From IMG/VR virus record IMGVR_UViG_3300037455_000402, positions 10,951 through 74,950 of that record: a DNA stretch of 64,000 bases. One strand, written 5' to 3'. The DNA is from a virus. Lineage: Duplodnaviria > Heunggongvirae > Uroviricota > Caudoviricetes. This document shows, piece by piece, positions 52,076-62,400 of the stretch. The stretch's first letter is position 1. Each line of letters opens with the position of its first letter. The notes beneath the pieces were generated by a model. That model was not told the DNA's origin, did not search any database, and saw only the letters and a list, made by a program, of their open reading frames with translations. Position numbers and translations under genes: made by a program.

Positions 52076-52626
52076 TCTCCCTCCTCATAATAAAACTCAG
52101 TCTTACAGTATTCACACTTCAAAGTTTCCAAATTAATCTTGCCGCCGCACTGTGGACAAGTTGGAACAGGACGAAGCTTACCGAGAGGTGGCTTAGGCTT
52201 TGGCTCTTCCTTCGGCTTATGTAGCTCCTCTAATTCTTCATATATCCAGACAAGAGCTTCATAATTTAATCCTCTATGACGCATTGAGAGCATATCTACA
52301 AAACAGATATGAATAGGAGTTCCTTCATTCCACTCAAATATACCAATTTTTGTTCTAAGATAATAAAAATCCTCATAAAGAGAAAAAGTTATTACCCTAT
52401 TGTATTTCTGTTCTATAAAAGATTCAGCTTTTATTATTTCATCAATTGGAGAAAAATCTTCATTATACTGGTAATACCAATGCTCACTAAAAGAAAACAT
52501 AGGATAGCCGTGAAATGTTGATATTTGTGGACTATAGTCAGGTTTTGGCTGATGACACTGCGGCATAGGAACATCTACTCTTACATCGGGAATAAAATCA
52601 CTAATCATTTCTTCTTCTCCTTCCAT
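52072..52626 (-). CDS. hypothetical protein with C-terminal zinc ribbon (184 aa)
   Basis: CPQCGGKINLETLKCEYCKTEF. Confidence 0.5.
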   Translation of the reverse strand: MEGEEEMISDFIPDVRVDVPMPQCHQPKPDYSPQISTFHGYPMFSFSEHWYYQYNEDFSPIDEIIKAESFIEQKYNRVITFSLYEDFYYLRTKIGIFEWNEGTPIHICFVDMLSMRHRGLNYEALVWIYEELEELHKPKEEPKPKPPLGKLRPVPTCPQCGGKINLETLKCEYCKTEFYYEEGE

Positions 52627-52835
52627 TTAATAAATCCGCCTACATTTATAATAAAGTAAGCTATATACATAAGCACCATTGGAACATTCATAGGCCCCAA
52701 TAAATTGACACCAATCCATGCGACGTTGCCGCCTATCCAAGCAACCCAGCCGCTACGCTTTTTAAGCATTATTAAAATATTGCCACCTAAGCTAAGGATT
52801 GCTCCAACTATTGAGAGAATTAAAATCCAATTCAT
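52605..52835 (-). CDS. small polytopic membrane protein (76 aa)
   Basis: three hydrophobic segments; promoter 52847-52886 upstream. Confidence 0.5.
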   Translation of the reverse strand: MNWILILSIVGAILSLGGNILIMLKKRSGWVAWIGGNVAWIGVNLLGPMNVPMVLMYIAYFIINVGGFIKWKEKKK

Positions 52836-52846
52836 CTTATCACCTT

Positions 52847-52886
52847 CTATATATTTATTATATCATAAATAATGTAAAAAGTAAAG
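52847..52886 (-). promoter_or_regulatory. consensus promoter TTTACT-N17/19-TATAAT
   Basis: CTTTACTTTTTACATTATTTATGATATAAT. Confidence 0.6.
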
Positions 52887-52897
52887 AGGTTTACTCT

Positions 52898-53257
52898 TTA
52901 AATTCTAAAAGAGTAAACCTCATCTGACTTTGCTGCAATTAGTTGTGTATCTATTGGTGAAATAAATTCATCGACTACCGCCATATCCCAGCGGTCTCCA
53001 CGAGGCATATGGTCTGAGACAATTAAAACTTTAATTATATTACGTTTCTCTTTATCAATCAATTTAACTGTTGTAGAAGAAATAGTACAATCATAGCTTT
53101 TATTCATAGACAAAACTCTGTGGTCTTTTACCATAAAGGCAAGTATCCTATCCCTTGCCCATGTAAAATGTTTCTCATTAGCAACAGCAATACAAGCGGT
53201 AAAATTGTCTTCTGTTAAAAATCTATGAAGTAAAAAATTAATTTCTATATCGTTCAT
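52898..53257 (-). CDS. hypothetical protein (119 aa)
   Basis: ORF track; ATG overlaps TAA of upstream GIY-YIG gene. Confidence 0.5.
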   Translation of the reverse strand: MNDIEINFLLHRFLTEDNFTACIAVANEKHFTWARDRILAFMVKDHRVLSMNKSYDCTISSTTVKLIDKEKRNIIKVLIVSDHMPRGDRWDMAVVDEFISPIDTQLIAAKSDEVYSFRI

Positions 53258-54270
53258 TATGAATTACCTGCCGTACTATTGTATCCCCATGTATTTGCAT
53301 GGTAGAATGAAATGTACTCCTTTTCCTTTCCATTTAATTCGTCAGTATCACATTCAGCAAGAACTTCAAAAGTGAAATTCTCTGCACCCTCTTCCCACAT
53401 TGCATTATAAAGCTTATTAGAAGTACCTGGCTCTGCTTTTACACCACGCTTTAAGTGAGTACGCCAACGTTCCTTAAAAGCCTATTTTGTTTGTCCGATA
53501 TAAACTTTGCCGTTTTCGAGATTGGTGATTTTATAGATACCAGTATTGCCACGTCCAGTAACAACTCGTCCTACCATTTCATTGAATGGACGCTCATAAT
53601 AGTTCTTATAAATTAATTTGTAAAGAACAGAAGGGTCGTGAAGTTCGTCGGCAATTTTGCGAAGCTTCTTAACATCTTCAATATCATTTTCAGAAAGAAC
53701 AATACGATAGAAATTTTTATCTTCTTTAATCTTTTCTGCTCTTTTATATTCCTCAATGATTTCTTGCTATTTAGCTTCAGCAGCCTTGACTTCTTTTTCA
53801 AGTTGAGCCTTTTTAGCTTTCATTTCAACAGAGAAATTCTAAAATTCTTCTGATATGTTAATCTTCTACTGGTCATAATAATCCATTACAGATTGAAGTT
53901 GTAGAGCCCCTTCTTTTGATTTGTTCTGTACCTCAGTAGCAAGTTCTGCCGCCAAAGCTTGGAGCTAATCGTCTCTTCGCTTACGAGCTGCCGCAAGGTC
54001 CATATCTAAATTCTTTATAGATTCTTCAATGGAACGACGCTTTCTCGCTGCTTCTTCTATAGCATTACCGAGTTCAAGTTTAATAGCTAATTCTTCTTCA
54101 CTAATTCTTTTCTTACGCTTAGCTTCGAGAGCCTTAAGAGCTTCCTATTTGGCTGTTTCAAAATCTTTAACTGCCTTTTCAGAAACAGATATCTGCTGGT
54201 GAACGGCTAAACAATAGCCGCCCCAGCCCGCAAAAAGACAACAGATTATAGCAATAAAAATATATCCCAC
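53257..54270 (-). CDS. GIY-YIG nuclease-domain protein (N-terminal TM helix + coiled coil), six in-frame TAG codons
   Basis: single frame from GTG (GAGGTGG RBS) to TAA; C-terminal GIYKITNLENGKVYIGQTK-TAG-AFKERWRTHL...KLYNAMWEEG...NFTFEVL GIY-YIG signature lies downstream of the TAGs. Confidence 0.6.
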
Positions 54271-54281
54271 TATAATCCACC

Positions 54282-54860
54282 TCAGTTTATAAGAAGTTCC
54301 TTTGCCATTGGAAGTGTTTCAATCCAAGCGCAGAACTCTCTCCATTCAGGAAGCCTATGGTTTTTACGCTGTTTATAGATATTTCTAAGACAACGATAGT
54401 TAGTTGTCATTCGAGCAGTAATTCTAAAGCCGCATGGATTGCTGTAGAGAACTCTTAAATAGTTCTCAGGCGTAGGATTTTCAAGATACTCTGCTACAAG
54501 TTCTTTCATTATTACAATCATACGAGGGTCTACATATTCGATATATGCGTCATCAAGTTCAAACTTGGTAATACGATGCATTGTAGACTATGATGATACA
54601 AATTCGAGAAAACGATAACGTTCTGCTTCAACCCAAGCCTTATTGGTAAAAGTTAAGTCAAAGTTGACACGAATACCAGTTAAGAACTATCCGTGTGCCT
54701 AATTATCATTATCAACCGCCTTGATTAAATTCTCTATACGCTTTAAATCTTTGTCGCTTAATATCCTATTATAATCCTACAGTTCAGTTCTCATAGGATA
54801 ACCAGATGCAATTATAGAATTGGTAAGGTCATATACTTCTGCATTATTTACTATACTCAT
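54282..54860 (-). CDS. hypothetical protein with four in-frame TAG codons
   Basis: ATG 54860 overlaps TGA of upstream gene; frame MSIVNNAEVYDLTNSIIASGYPMRTEL-TAG-DYNRILSDKDLKRIENLIKAVDNDN-TAG-AHG-TAG-FLTGIRVNF...FVSS-TAG-STMHRITKFELDD... runs uninterrupted to TGA at 54282. Confidence 0.5.
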
Positions 54861-55180
54861 TTTTCCAAGTGTCCCTCCCTTTTATAATAACCATACTTTT
54901 TGTTTAAAGTAATAATATAACACTTTTGAGTTGAACCCATGCCGCCTTTGCGTCCAGAGTCAGAATAGATATGGTATCCAGCCAACTCAATTTTATCTAA
55001 AAATTCATCTATGCCGTCAAACCAATCTTCTTCCCATAATGTTATACTATCAATTAACCATAGTCTATTTATTTGACTTATAATTTTTTCTTTATATTCT
55101 GCAATGCGTTTAAGCTCCATATCTTTTCTAAGGGCTGGAGCTTTCGCACGTTGCTCTGCGGCAGGCATAATTATACCCAT
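54857..55180 (-). CDS. hypothetical protein (107 aa)
   Basis: ORF track. Confidence 0.5.
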   Translation of the reverse strand: MGIIMPAAEQRAKAPALRKDMELKRIAEYKEKIISQINRLWLIDSITLWEEDWFDGIDEFLDKIELAGYHIYSDSGRKGGMGSTQKCYIITLNKKYGYYKREGHLEK

Positions 55181-55190
55181 TTTACCCTCC

Positions 55191-55433
55191 TTAGGAGTCA
55201 GCTTGCAACCCCTTATAAAAATCTTTTAATTCTTCAAACTCATCGTCGGTTAAACCGAAAACTTCAAAGTAAGAATAGTAATCACAGACGTCAATAGTAA
55301 GCCCGTCTTCGTCATAAATGGTTTCCATTGGGTCTCCTACAAGATTACGGCTATTGAATAGCCCGCAATCATAAGAATTAAAATTTTCCTTAATAATCTC
55401 TTTAGCCTTAGCTAATCTTTCACTTTCGCCCAT
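55191..55433 (-). CDS. hypothetical protein (80 aa)
   Basis: ORF track. Confidence 0.5.
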   Translation of the reverse strand: MGESERLAKAKEIIKENFNSYDCGLFNSRNLVGDPMETIYDEDGLTIDVCDYYSYFEVFGLTDDEFEELKDFYKGLQADS

Positions 55434-55714
55434 TATTCTTCTCCTTTCATTGAAGTAAATACTTCATCCATATTAGTTGCGATTGCATATGTTGATGACT
55501 CACTCCTTGCCATAGGAAGATAAATCATTGCAACGACTGATGCCGGCCACTTCTCAGCTAATGAAAAATCATTAAATGAAATAGCGTCCATATAAAAGTC
55601 CTGTTCAAGTTTATTCGGATAATTTTCAAGAAATTTAACAAATTCCTCTTTAGTACAGGGCTCCCTTTTAGGCTTAATAGTATACTTCTCACCACAATCC
55701 CAATCTTGCATCAT
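55433..55714 (-). CDS. hypothetical protein (93 aa)
   Basis: ORF track. Confidence 0.5.
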   Translation of the reverse strand: MMQDWDCGEKYTIKPKREPCTKEEFVKFLENYPNKLEQDFYMDAISFNDFSLAEKWPASVVAMIYLPMARSESSTYAIATNMDEVFTSMKGEE

Positions 55715-56289
55715 TCTTCTCCTTCTTCCTTAATCTCAGAACGGGTTTCTTTGCCGTCTTCCATAGCATCCCACTCTTTTAATCTGTCAAGTGTGTCAAT
55801 AAGTTCATCTGTATTAAGAGGATTATAACTCCATTTCGCCGCGTCAGCAGAGAGCATAATACCATTATATAATCCGTCAAAAGGATTTTCACTATCTGTT
55901 ACAAGTAAAGTATATGTCTTTGCATAATCAGACTGAGCCTCTACCTTCTTAATTACATAGAGAACCTCTCTACCATCAGGATATGTATGGAACATAGATA
56001 CGCCCCAGAAATGTTTAAAGCCTATCTCTCTCCATTCCTTCTTGGTAAATTTATCATTTAAATGTCTTGAAGTTGCTATCTTTTCTCCGTTTAATTGAGA
56101 AATAACTTCCTTCATTTCTTCTAATTTGCCGCTGCCTATATTTCCCATTATAATAACAGAGTCTTCAGGCTTGACAACTTTGTTCCAAGAACGAACAATC
56201 CAGTTATTCATTGCGGCAAAAGAGGGAAAGCCAAGCTTATCCCTCTACTCATTATCAAATAGCCTTAAATCTGCTATGATATATGTTGC
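55711..56289 (-). CDS. hypothetical protein; probable TTG start with one in-frame TAG upstream of the first ATG
   Basis: GAGGT RBS + TTG at ~56289; LATYIIADLRLFDNE-TAG-RDKLGFPSFAAMNNWIVRSWNK...; ATG at 56211 has no RBS. Confidence 0.35.
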
Positions 56290-56306
56290 CAATTACCTCA
56301 CCTCAA

Positions 56307-56600
56307 TTAATCCTTTGACTTAGTAGTAGTAACTGAGTTCTTGAAAAGCATACCGCAAAGAATATCAAGTCCAGCAAACTGCCAGAAAGTTAAATGGAGT
56401 GCGGTAAATCCCCATACGGTGCAAAGGATATAATTCCAAAGAAGCATACCAATCCACCAACCGAGACAAGCCAAGCCGAAACAGATACCAAGAACAAGAA
56501 GAATTATCAGGAATATACCAAATGCTCCTATAGACTCGTCCTTTGCCTTACTAAGTTCCTTTTCTAAACTACCTAATGCGCTCTGAATTAACATATTCAA
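56307..56600 (-). CDS. membrane protein with 3 TM segments (holin-like)
   Basis: GIFLIILLVLGICFGLACLGWWIGMLLWNYILCTVWGFTALHL; consensus promoter 56632-56669. Confidence 0.45.
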   Translation of the reverse strand: MNMLIQSALGSLEKELSKAKDESIGAFGIFLIILLVLGICFGLACLGWWIGMLLWNYILCTVWGFTALHLTFWQFAGLDILCGMLFKNSVTTTKSKD

Positions 56601-56631
56601 AGTCCTCCTTTTATTTATTTTCTATAATTAT

Positions 56632-56669
56632 TATATCATAATTGTAATCAAATGTCAAGTTTTTAATAA
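56632..56669 (-). promoter_or_regulatory. consensus promoter TTGACA-N17-TATAAT
   Basis: TTGACATTTGATTACAATTATGATATAAT. Confidence 0.7.
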
Positions 56670-56803
56670 TAAAAAAGAGTAGTCAATGACTACTCCTTTC
56701 GTTTGCGTGTTCCCATTTCGATATTTTCTGTTTTTGCCTTTTTACTTTTCTCGCTTACGCAATTGAGTTGCCAAGTCAATCACATATCTTTTCTAATGGG
56801 GTA

Positions 56804-57667
56804 TTAGATAGTACGGAAATAGTTTCTTTGACCATCACCGGACCATTGATTGCAAGTCCAGCCTGCAAATGCTTGTGGGTTATTAAAGTAATAATCCACC
56901 GCGTCAGACATTGCCGAATAATGAACTGAGCCGCCGCAGTAGTATTCTGCATATTTATTGAATCCCCAAGGTGCGCAAGTCTGGTCCAGTACGCCCTCGA
57001 CTGTGCCAGGCCAACGTGAGTCATTCACCATATTCATTACAGATGCTACTATCTTAGCTCTCTCATATGTATCTGCCATGCCGCCATACTCACTTGCGAC
57101 AATCTTGCAAAGCAATGTATAATCGTACTCGCTAACTGAAGGAGTAACATTGCTTATTGGTTCTACATATTCATTAATAACTTTTAAATCGGGTTTACAT
57201 TCGCTACAAATTCTACACTCAATATTCTCTGTATTCTCAATCTCAATAACTTCGCCCTGCTTTGCCCAGTGACAAGTAGAGCGGTGTATATAGTGTGTGT
57301 TTGGTTTAAACACAACAAATTCTCTTTCAGGTTCTGCCGTCTCTGGAGCCGCAACAGTAGTCTCGGCATCTGCTACTGTAGTCGAAACCTCTTCTGTTAC
57401 CACTGTTGTAGTAGTAGAAGAAAGTGTAGTTGATGTGCTTGTGGTTGTAGAAGTTGTGGATGTGCTTGTGGATGTTGAAGTAGTACCTGTTGTTACTGTG
57501 GTAGAAGTTTCTAATGTAGTAACTACTGCCGCCTTAACAGGAAAATCTACTCCGTGTGCTGTCCCACCGTCCGTATGTACAGTATGCGGTGTGGCAAAAC
57601 AAATTACGACAGCAGATGCGAATACTGCTGCCGCAATCTTAATTGATGTTTTAAGCTTCTTATTCAT
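56804..57667 (-). CDS. secreted cell-wall hydrolase, SleB/hydrolase_2-like C-terminal domain, Ser/Thr-rich linker
   Basis: signal peptide MNKKLKTSIKIAAAVFASAVVICFA; linker TTSTSTSTSTTSTTT; C-terminal ...LLCKIVASEYGGMADTYERAKIVASVMNMVNDSRWPGTVEGVLDQ...APWGF. Confidence 0.55.
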   Translation of the reverse strand: MNKKLKTSIKIAAAVFASAVVICFATPHTVHTDGGTAHGVDFPVKAAVVTTLETSTTVTTGTTSTSTSTSTTSTTTSTSTTLSSTTTTVVTEEVSTTVADAETTVAAPETAEPEREFVVFKPNTHYIHRSTCHWAKQGEVIEIENTENIECRICSECKPDLKVINEYVEPISNVTPSVSEYDYTLLCKIVASEYGGMADTYERAKIVASVMNMVNDSRWPGTVEGVLDQTCAPWGFNKYAEYYCGGSVHYSAMSDAVDYYFNNPQAFAGWTCNQWSGDGQRNYFRTI

Positions 57668-57764
57668 TAAAATTCCTCCTTTTCGTCCTTATGGACTATG
57701 AGGGGAACACGCATTTGTGTAGCGAAAACGCTACAATTATATGTAGAAATTACTAAGGAAAAGT

Positions 57765-58274
57765 CTAAAATTTATCATCTTCATTAAGATAGATATAATG
57801 AATAATAATTAAATCGTTCTTAATGATAGCCATAAATCCAGACACTCCCAAATAATTCTCATCAAATAAATGAACAATACAAGTTGTATTGTAAGATAAA
57901 GAATAATGATAACGTATAAGACCTTCAATTTGAAATTTCCAGTCTAAAGTCAATTTGCCTTTGGTTTTGTCAAAATATTCGCTTAATAGAAGCACAGCGT
58001 CTTCAAAAAGAATACCATAATTACTTAATTCAAAAATCTTGCCGCGACTTAATATGGGAACATCAGAGCTTGTAATTGCATTTTTGCCCCTTAAATTCTC
58101 TCTATGCCGAGGACTTATTGAACTAATGTAATCAAAACATCTATCAAGGACTTTCTCCATATCTGATTTAGATAAAGAGAAATAGTCATTTATCATTTTA
58201 TTAAATACTTTGACAAGTTTTTCAGGCATTGCTACTTTCTTATTATCATCTTCATAAATAGTAACGAGGCCCAT
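57765..58274 (-). CDS. hypothetical protein (169 aa)
   Basis: ORF track; AGGGGTGATAAGATG RBS. Confidence 0.5.
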   Translation of the reverse strand: MGLVTIYEDDNKKVAMPEKLVKVFNKMINDYFSLSKSDMEKVLDRCFDYISSISPRHRENLRGKNAITSSDVPILSRGKIFELSNYGILFEDAVLLLSEYFDKTKGKLTLDWKFQIEGLIRYHYSLSYNTTCIVHLFDENYLGVSGFMAIIKNDLIIIHYIYLNEDDKF

Positions 58275-58285
58275 CTTATCACCCC

Positions 58286-59383
58286 TTAGAAGGTAATTAC
58301 TTTCTTACTTGACTTACTGAAAACATTACCAGCCTTGGTATTATTGCTATTTGATTTGCCGCGATGAGTCTTAATAGTTGGACACCAGTATAAAGAATCC
58401 TTTGAACGGGTGGCGGCAACATAACAAATTCGTCTCTCTTCCTGACTAAATGTCTTTGCGCCAACGACAACTACATAAGGAAATTCAAGTCCCTTAGCAG
58501 AATGAATTGTCATTATTTTAACCTTATTTTCTTCGAGCAAATGCCCCATCTGTTCAAGGTCAAGGTCTCCACGTTTAACAATTACATTCGGAACTCCGAT
58601 TTTATTTAAATACCTTTCAGCTTCTTCAATTTCAGAATTGGCTCTACAAAGTACGGCCCAACCTGTCCAATCTTTTGTCCAAGTCATCTCTTCTGCCGCA
58701 TCAGCAAAAGAACAATTCTTATCTAAGAATCCCTGCTTTGTAAGTGTTGGTATTGCACAAGGTGAAATCTTAGGCATTGAATTTAAATAGTCATCGGCAT
58801 AACGAATAATGTTTGGTGGGTTACGATAGTTTTCTACAAGAAAATACTTTTTAAATGTAGGGTCTTCTGCAACTTCTCTGATAAATTTATCAGAAGCGCC
58901 GCGGAAGGAGTAGATAAACTGTCTTTCATCACCAACATAGAAACGATTTTCCGCTGGTATGCGAAGTATAAAATTGTATTGTAAAGGGTCTGTATCTTGG
59001 AACTCATCTACAAATAAGTAAGCAACCTTTGGATAAATTGAAGGCGGAACTGTTACAGCCTTTGATATAATTTTATCAAACTGCTCTTCCGCAATATCTC
59101 CATAAGTAGGAATGTTTGCAAGATTACAAATTTTATTTGCATAAGAGTGAATTGTTCCGATGAACATTCCTTCACATTTTTCACCAAGTCTCTTTCTCAT
59201 TTCCTCCGCCGCCTGATTGGTGAAAGTAAAAGCGACAATAGAAGAGGGCTCAACGCCCTCATCTAATAGTCTATTAACTCTTGCAATTAAGGTAGCAGTT
59301 TTACCACCAGCCGCACACGCAAGACAGAGGATATTTTTTTCTTTTGAATTTATAATGTTCTACTGTCGAATGTTGTATTCCAT
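58286..59383 (-). CDS. UvrD/Rep-family helicase-like protein (compact, ~365 aa) with in-frame TAG at codon 8
   Basis: GGAGGACTGCGTATG RBS; MEYNIRQ-TAG-NIINSKEKNILCLACAAGGKTATL (Walker A) ... VDEFQDTDPLQ (motif II) ... TIHSAKGLEF (V) ... VAATRSK (VI). Confidence 0.6.
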
Positions 59384-59407
59384 ACGCAGTCCTCCTTTTC
59401 TTTCGAA

Positions 59408-59445
59408 CTACATATATTATATCATAAAATTTTGAAAAAGTCAAT
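59408..59445 (-). promoter_or_regulatory. consensus promoter TTGACT-N17-TATAAT
   Basis: TTGACTTTTTCAAAATTTTATGATATAAT. Confidence 0.7.
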
Positions 59446-59447
59446 AA

Positions 59448-62400
59448 TTAAACGATATATTTACAAGTATCACTCGTAGGCCAATATAATGGTGTTGAAC
59501 CATGGAAATGTGCAGCGTGCTAATTTTCACAGTTAGCTATTTTGCTCATAATATTATCTGGTGATTCAGAATAAGTGTGTGTCTAATCATTATATACAAC
59601 TGGCTATTGGAAACCAGTACAGCTATGAAGATAGGCAATATTTGCCCTGTTATTAAATGTATCTACCGCAGCTGTACTATCTGTTTGTACAATTTTACCA
59701 TGCACGCTGGTATCTTGTCTATAGCCATTTGTCATATCAATACTAATACGAGCATCAGAAACCTAAGAAGATGTTGAGTTAAATATTTCACCAGTACAAT
59801 TATCATGATTAAATCTATTTACATCAAAATACTTAATATTGCCTATGAATTTAGCAATAAAGGTTGCAGTATAACGAGACATACCATCCGGTTGAGAAGC
59901 GCCTCCATTAATATCAATACGGTAACAAGAGTTTCCACTCTTATCATTTATAACGTAAAACTGTCTCCAACGACCACCATCAGTGACATAGTATAAAGTT
60001 GGGCTATCTCCATAATTGTAGAAATAACCTTCATATCTTCCTATCGGTGCGCACATTACAATTTTACCGAGTACAGTATCTCCAACTTTAACTTCGGGGT
60101 CTCCATCTGCTGTTTCGCCAGGGGATAACTATCCTGCCTATGGAGATATAGAACTCATGTTAATATTGTTATAAGCATTTATATATCCAGACAAATCATT
60201 CTTATCATCAGAGGCATCTAATCCAGTTAAACTTTTAACTGACGGAATATAGAAATACATTGCATGAACTAATGAGCTATCCCAATAAACGTCGCCCCAA
60301 CCTGTAGAACCTTCATTTGTTCTTCCGCCGCCTTGCCAAGGAGTCAAACCAACTGTTGTAACAAAAAAGGCTGGGTTCTTGGAAATATCCTTATTTGTGC
60401 CATAATAAGCTTTAATGAAATTCTTTACTGCTACAAGTCCATCATAGTTCAATGTTGCAGTAGTAGGATATTTACAAGATTTTTCTACTGGAGGCTAACT
60501 GTAACAAATATTATTGCCTAATCCACTTGGGCAATTATCTTTTTCACTACCATCGTAAGCTTTATTATAGGTATCCCATCTGAAACGATAATATCTGGTG
60601 TTTGTATTTGCAGAGTTATATACTCTTGTTTTAGTAACATTGCCTCTCATTGAAGTAAATTTATAAGTTGAACCAGCTTTTACAGAAGACATTGTAAAAG
60701 CAGTATCGCCGCCGTTATCTGTTGGTAAATAGTTTCCTATCTTTAATACATAAGCGTTATCAGTAAATAGGTTTTCAGAAGATGTTTCTTCTGCAGTTTT
60801 CTTCTTCCATGAAACTGTTTCACCCATATAGTATCCCTATCTATTTATGCCATAGTCACAAACATGAATTCCCTAATCATAAACAAGAGGTACATCTAAA
60901 TCAGTGGTAAAGCCAAAAGTGCTTGTTCTCTATGTCTAATTATTGTAAGTATAATAACCGAGAGGAGTAGTTGGCTGTCCAGCCATACCACTATCATCAA
61001 CAAGTTTTCTTGCGGCATCTTCAATAATAAAATAATTACCTTGAGAACTTCCAGTTGAAATTGTTATTTTTCCTTCATCGTCACGACTAAATGAATTAAA
61101 GAAAGGAGTAATTCTTAAATTACCATAACAAGTTTTCTTTTTTCCATCGGGACTTACTACAACCTAAGCTTTATCAAAAGGTCTTAGCCACATTATTCTT
61201 CCATTATAGTCCTGATTTGTACCATAAATAAAAGGAGAAAATCTCTTCTGTCCATTTTTTATGTGTTCATTACGTAATGAAATAACAAAAGCATATTCGT
61301 CTTCGCCATTTCTCTCGCAGACTTCTTTAAATTCCCAAGTCTGAGTTTTCTGATAATAAATAAAGAAGCCGGGGTAATAAACGCTACCATAATAATTATG
61401 TTTGTAATTATCAAAACGTAAATAAGGCATTACAACTAAATCCTATTCAGAATACTAATCACAAAGATAACTTAAACGCTTTTCAACGGTTTCTATAAAA
61501 TCATTTTTACTACCAACAAAAGTAACGGTATAGAAACCAGAAGCATCTACAGACCAATGAATTAATTCATCCCATTTATCAAACTTGTCATAATGACGAC
61601 AGTTCTCACTTTCACGTGGCGGCAAAGGAATATGAACAAAACGAATGTCACTCTTTGCTGTTTGATTTATTACGGCAATTTCAGTCCAAAGATAAAGAAC
61701 ATTCTCCCATAACTCTGAGACTTCTCTTGTTAATCCCTAAAGAGTCTTAGGAATTGGACCGTCAGTTCCAAATAGATAATTGCTAATAGCAGAAATAACT
61801 TGTGCGATTACCCAAAAGTTACGGTCTAAATCTTCTATCTCTACTCTGCGGCCGTACTGCGGCATTAAAAGCCTTAACCATTTTTCAATTAAGTCTTCTC
61901 CCTCTGCCTAATCATAAGCTTCACGGGTATATTGCATTGCAGTATCATTCTTTAATATCTCTAAAACTTCGTCTTTCTTTCTTACTTCATCATAGTTTTT
62001 ATCATCAATATTCCACCAAGGGTGAACCCATTCTTCTTCATTAGCTCTTTCTCCAATAGGGAAATTATATCCAGCATCAGAATTTTTAAGGTCAGCTATT
62101 GTAATACTATGTTCCTTAGTATCAAGAGGTAAAAGAATATTATCATTATTATTATCAAAATTATCAATTATATATTGAATAAGTTTCTAAACTGATTCAT
62201 TCCAATATTCATCTTCGCCGCCTTCTATTAAATCAACAATTCCGTCATATAATTTACTAACGAAAATTGGGTCGGTAGAACTACCATGGTCACGATGTAC
62301 GCAATCACAATTCTTTTCAATATAGTCCATTAAAGAATCCTAAGTCATTCCAGTTAAGGGAGAAGGCTCGCCATGGAGTGTGGCGAGCATATTCTTCCAA

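Noticed and set aside
53257-54860. TAG-interrupted frames could be pseudogenes or sequencing errors
   Set aside because: At least eleven independent genes show the same pattern with only TAG (never TAA or TGA) interrupting. Conserved domains continue in frame after the TAGs. Two CUA-anticodon tRNAs are encoded in cis.
2650-59450. The ~45-nt AT-rich direct repeat occurring about 30 times could be mistaken for a CRISPR array or a dispersed mobile-element repeat
   Set aside because: Spacing is irregular (0.1-4 kb). Every copy sits in the same orientation just upstream of an RBS/start codon or tRNA block. Each copy reads as a perfect -35/N17/-10 promoter. No cas genes or uniform spacers are present.
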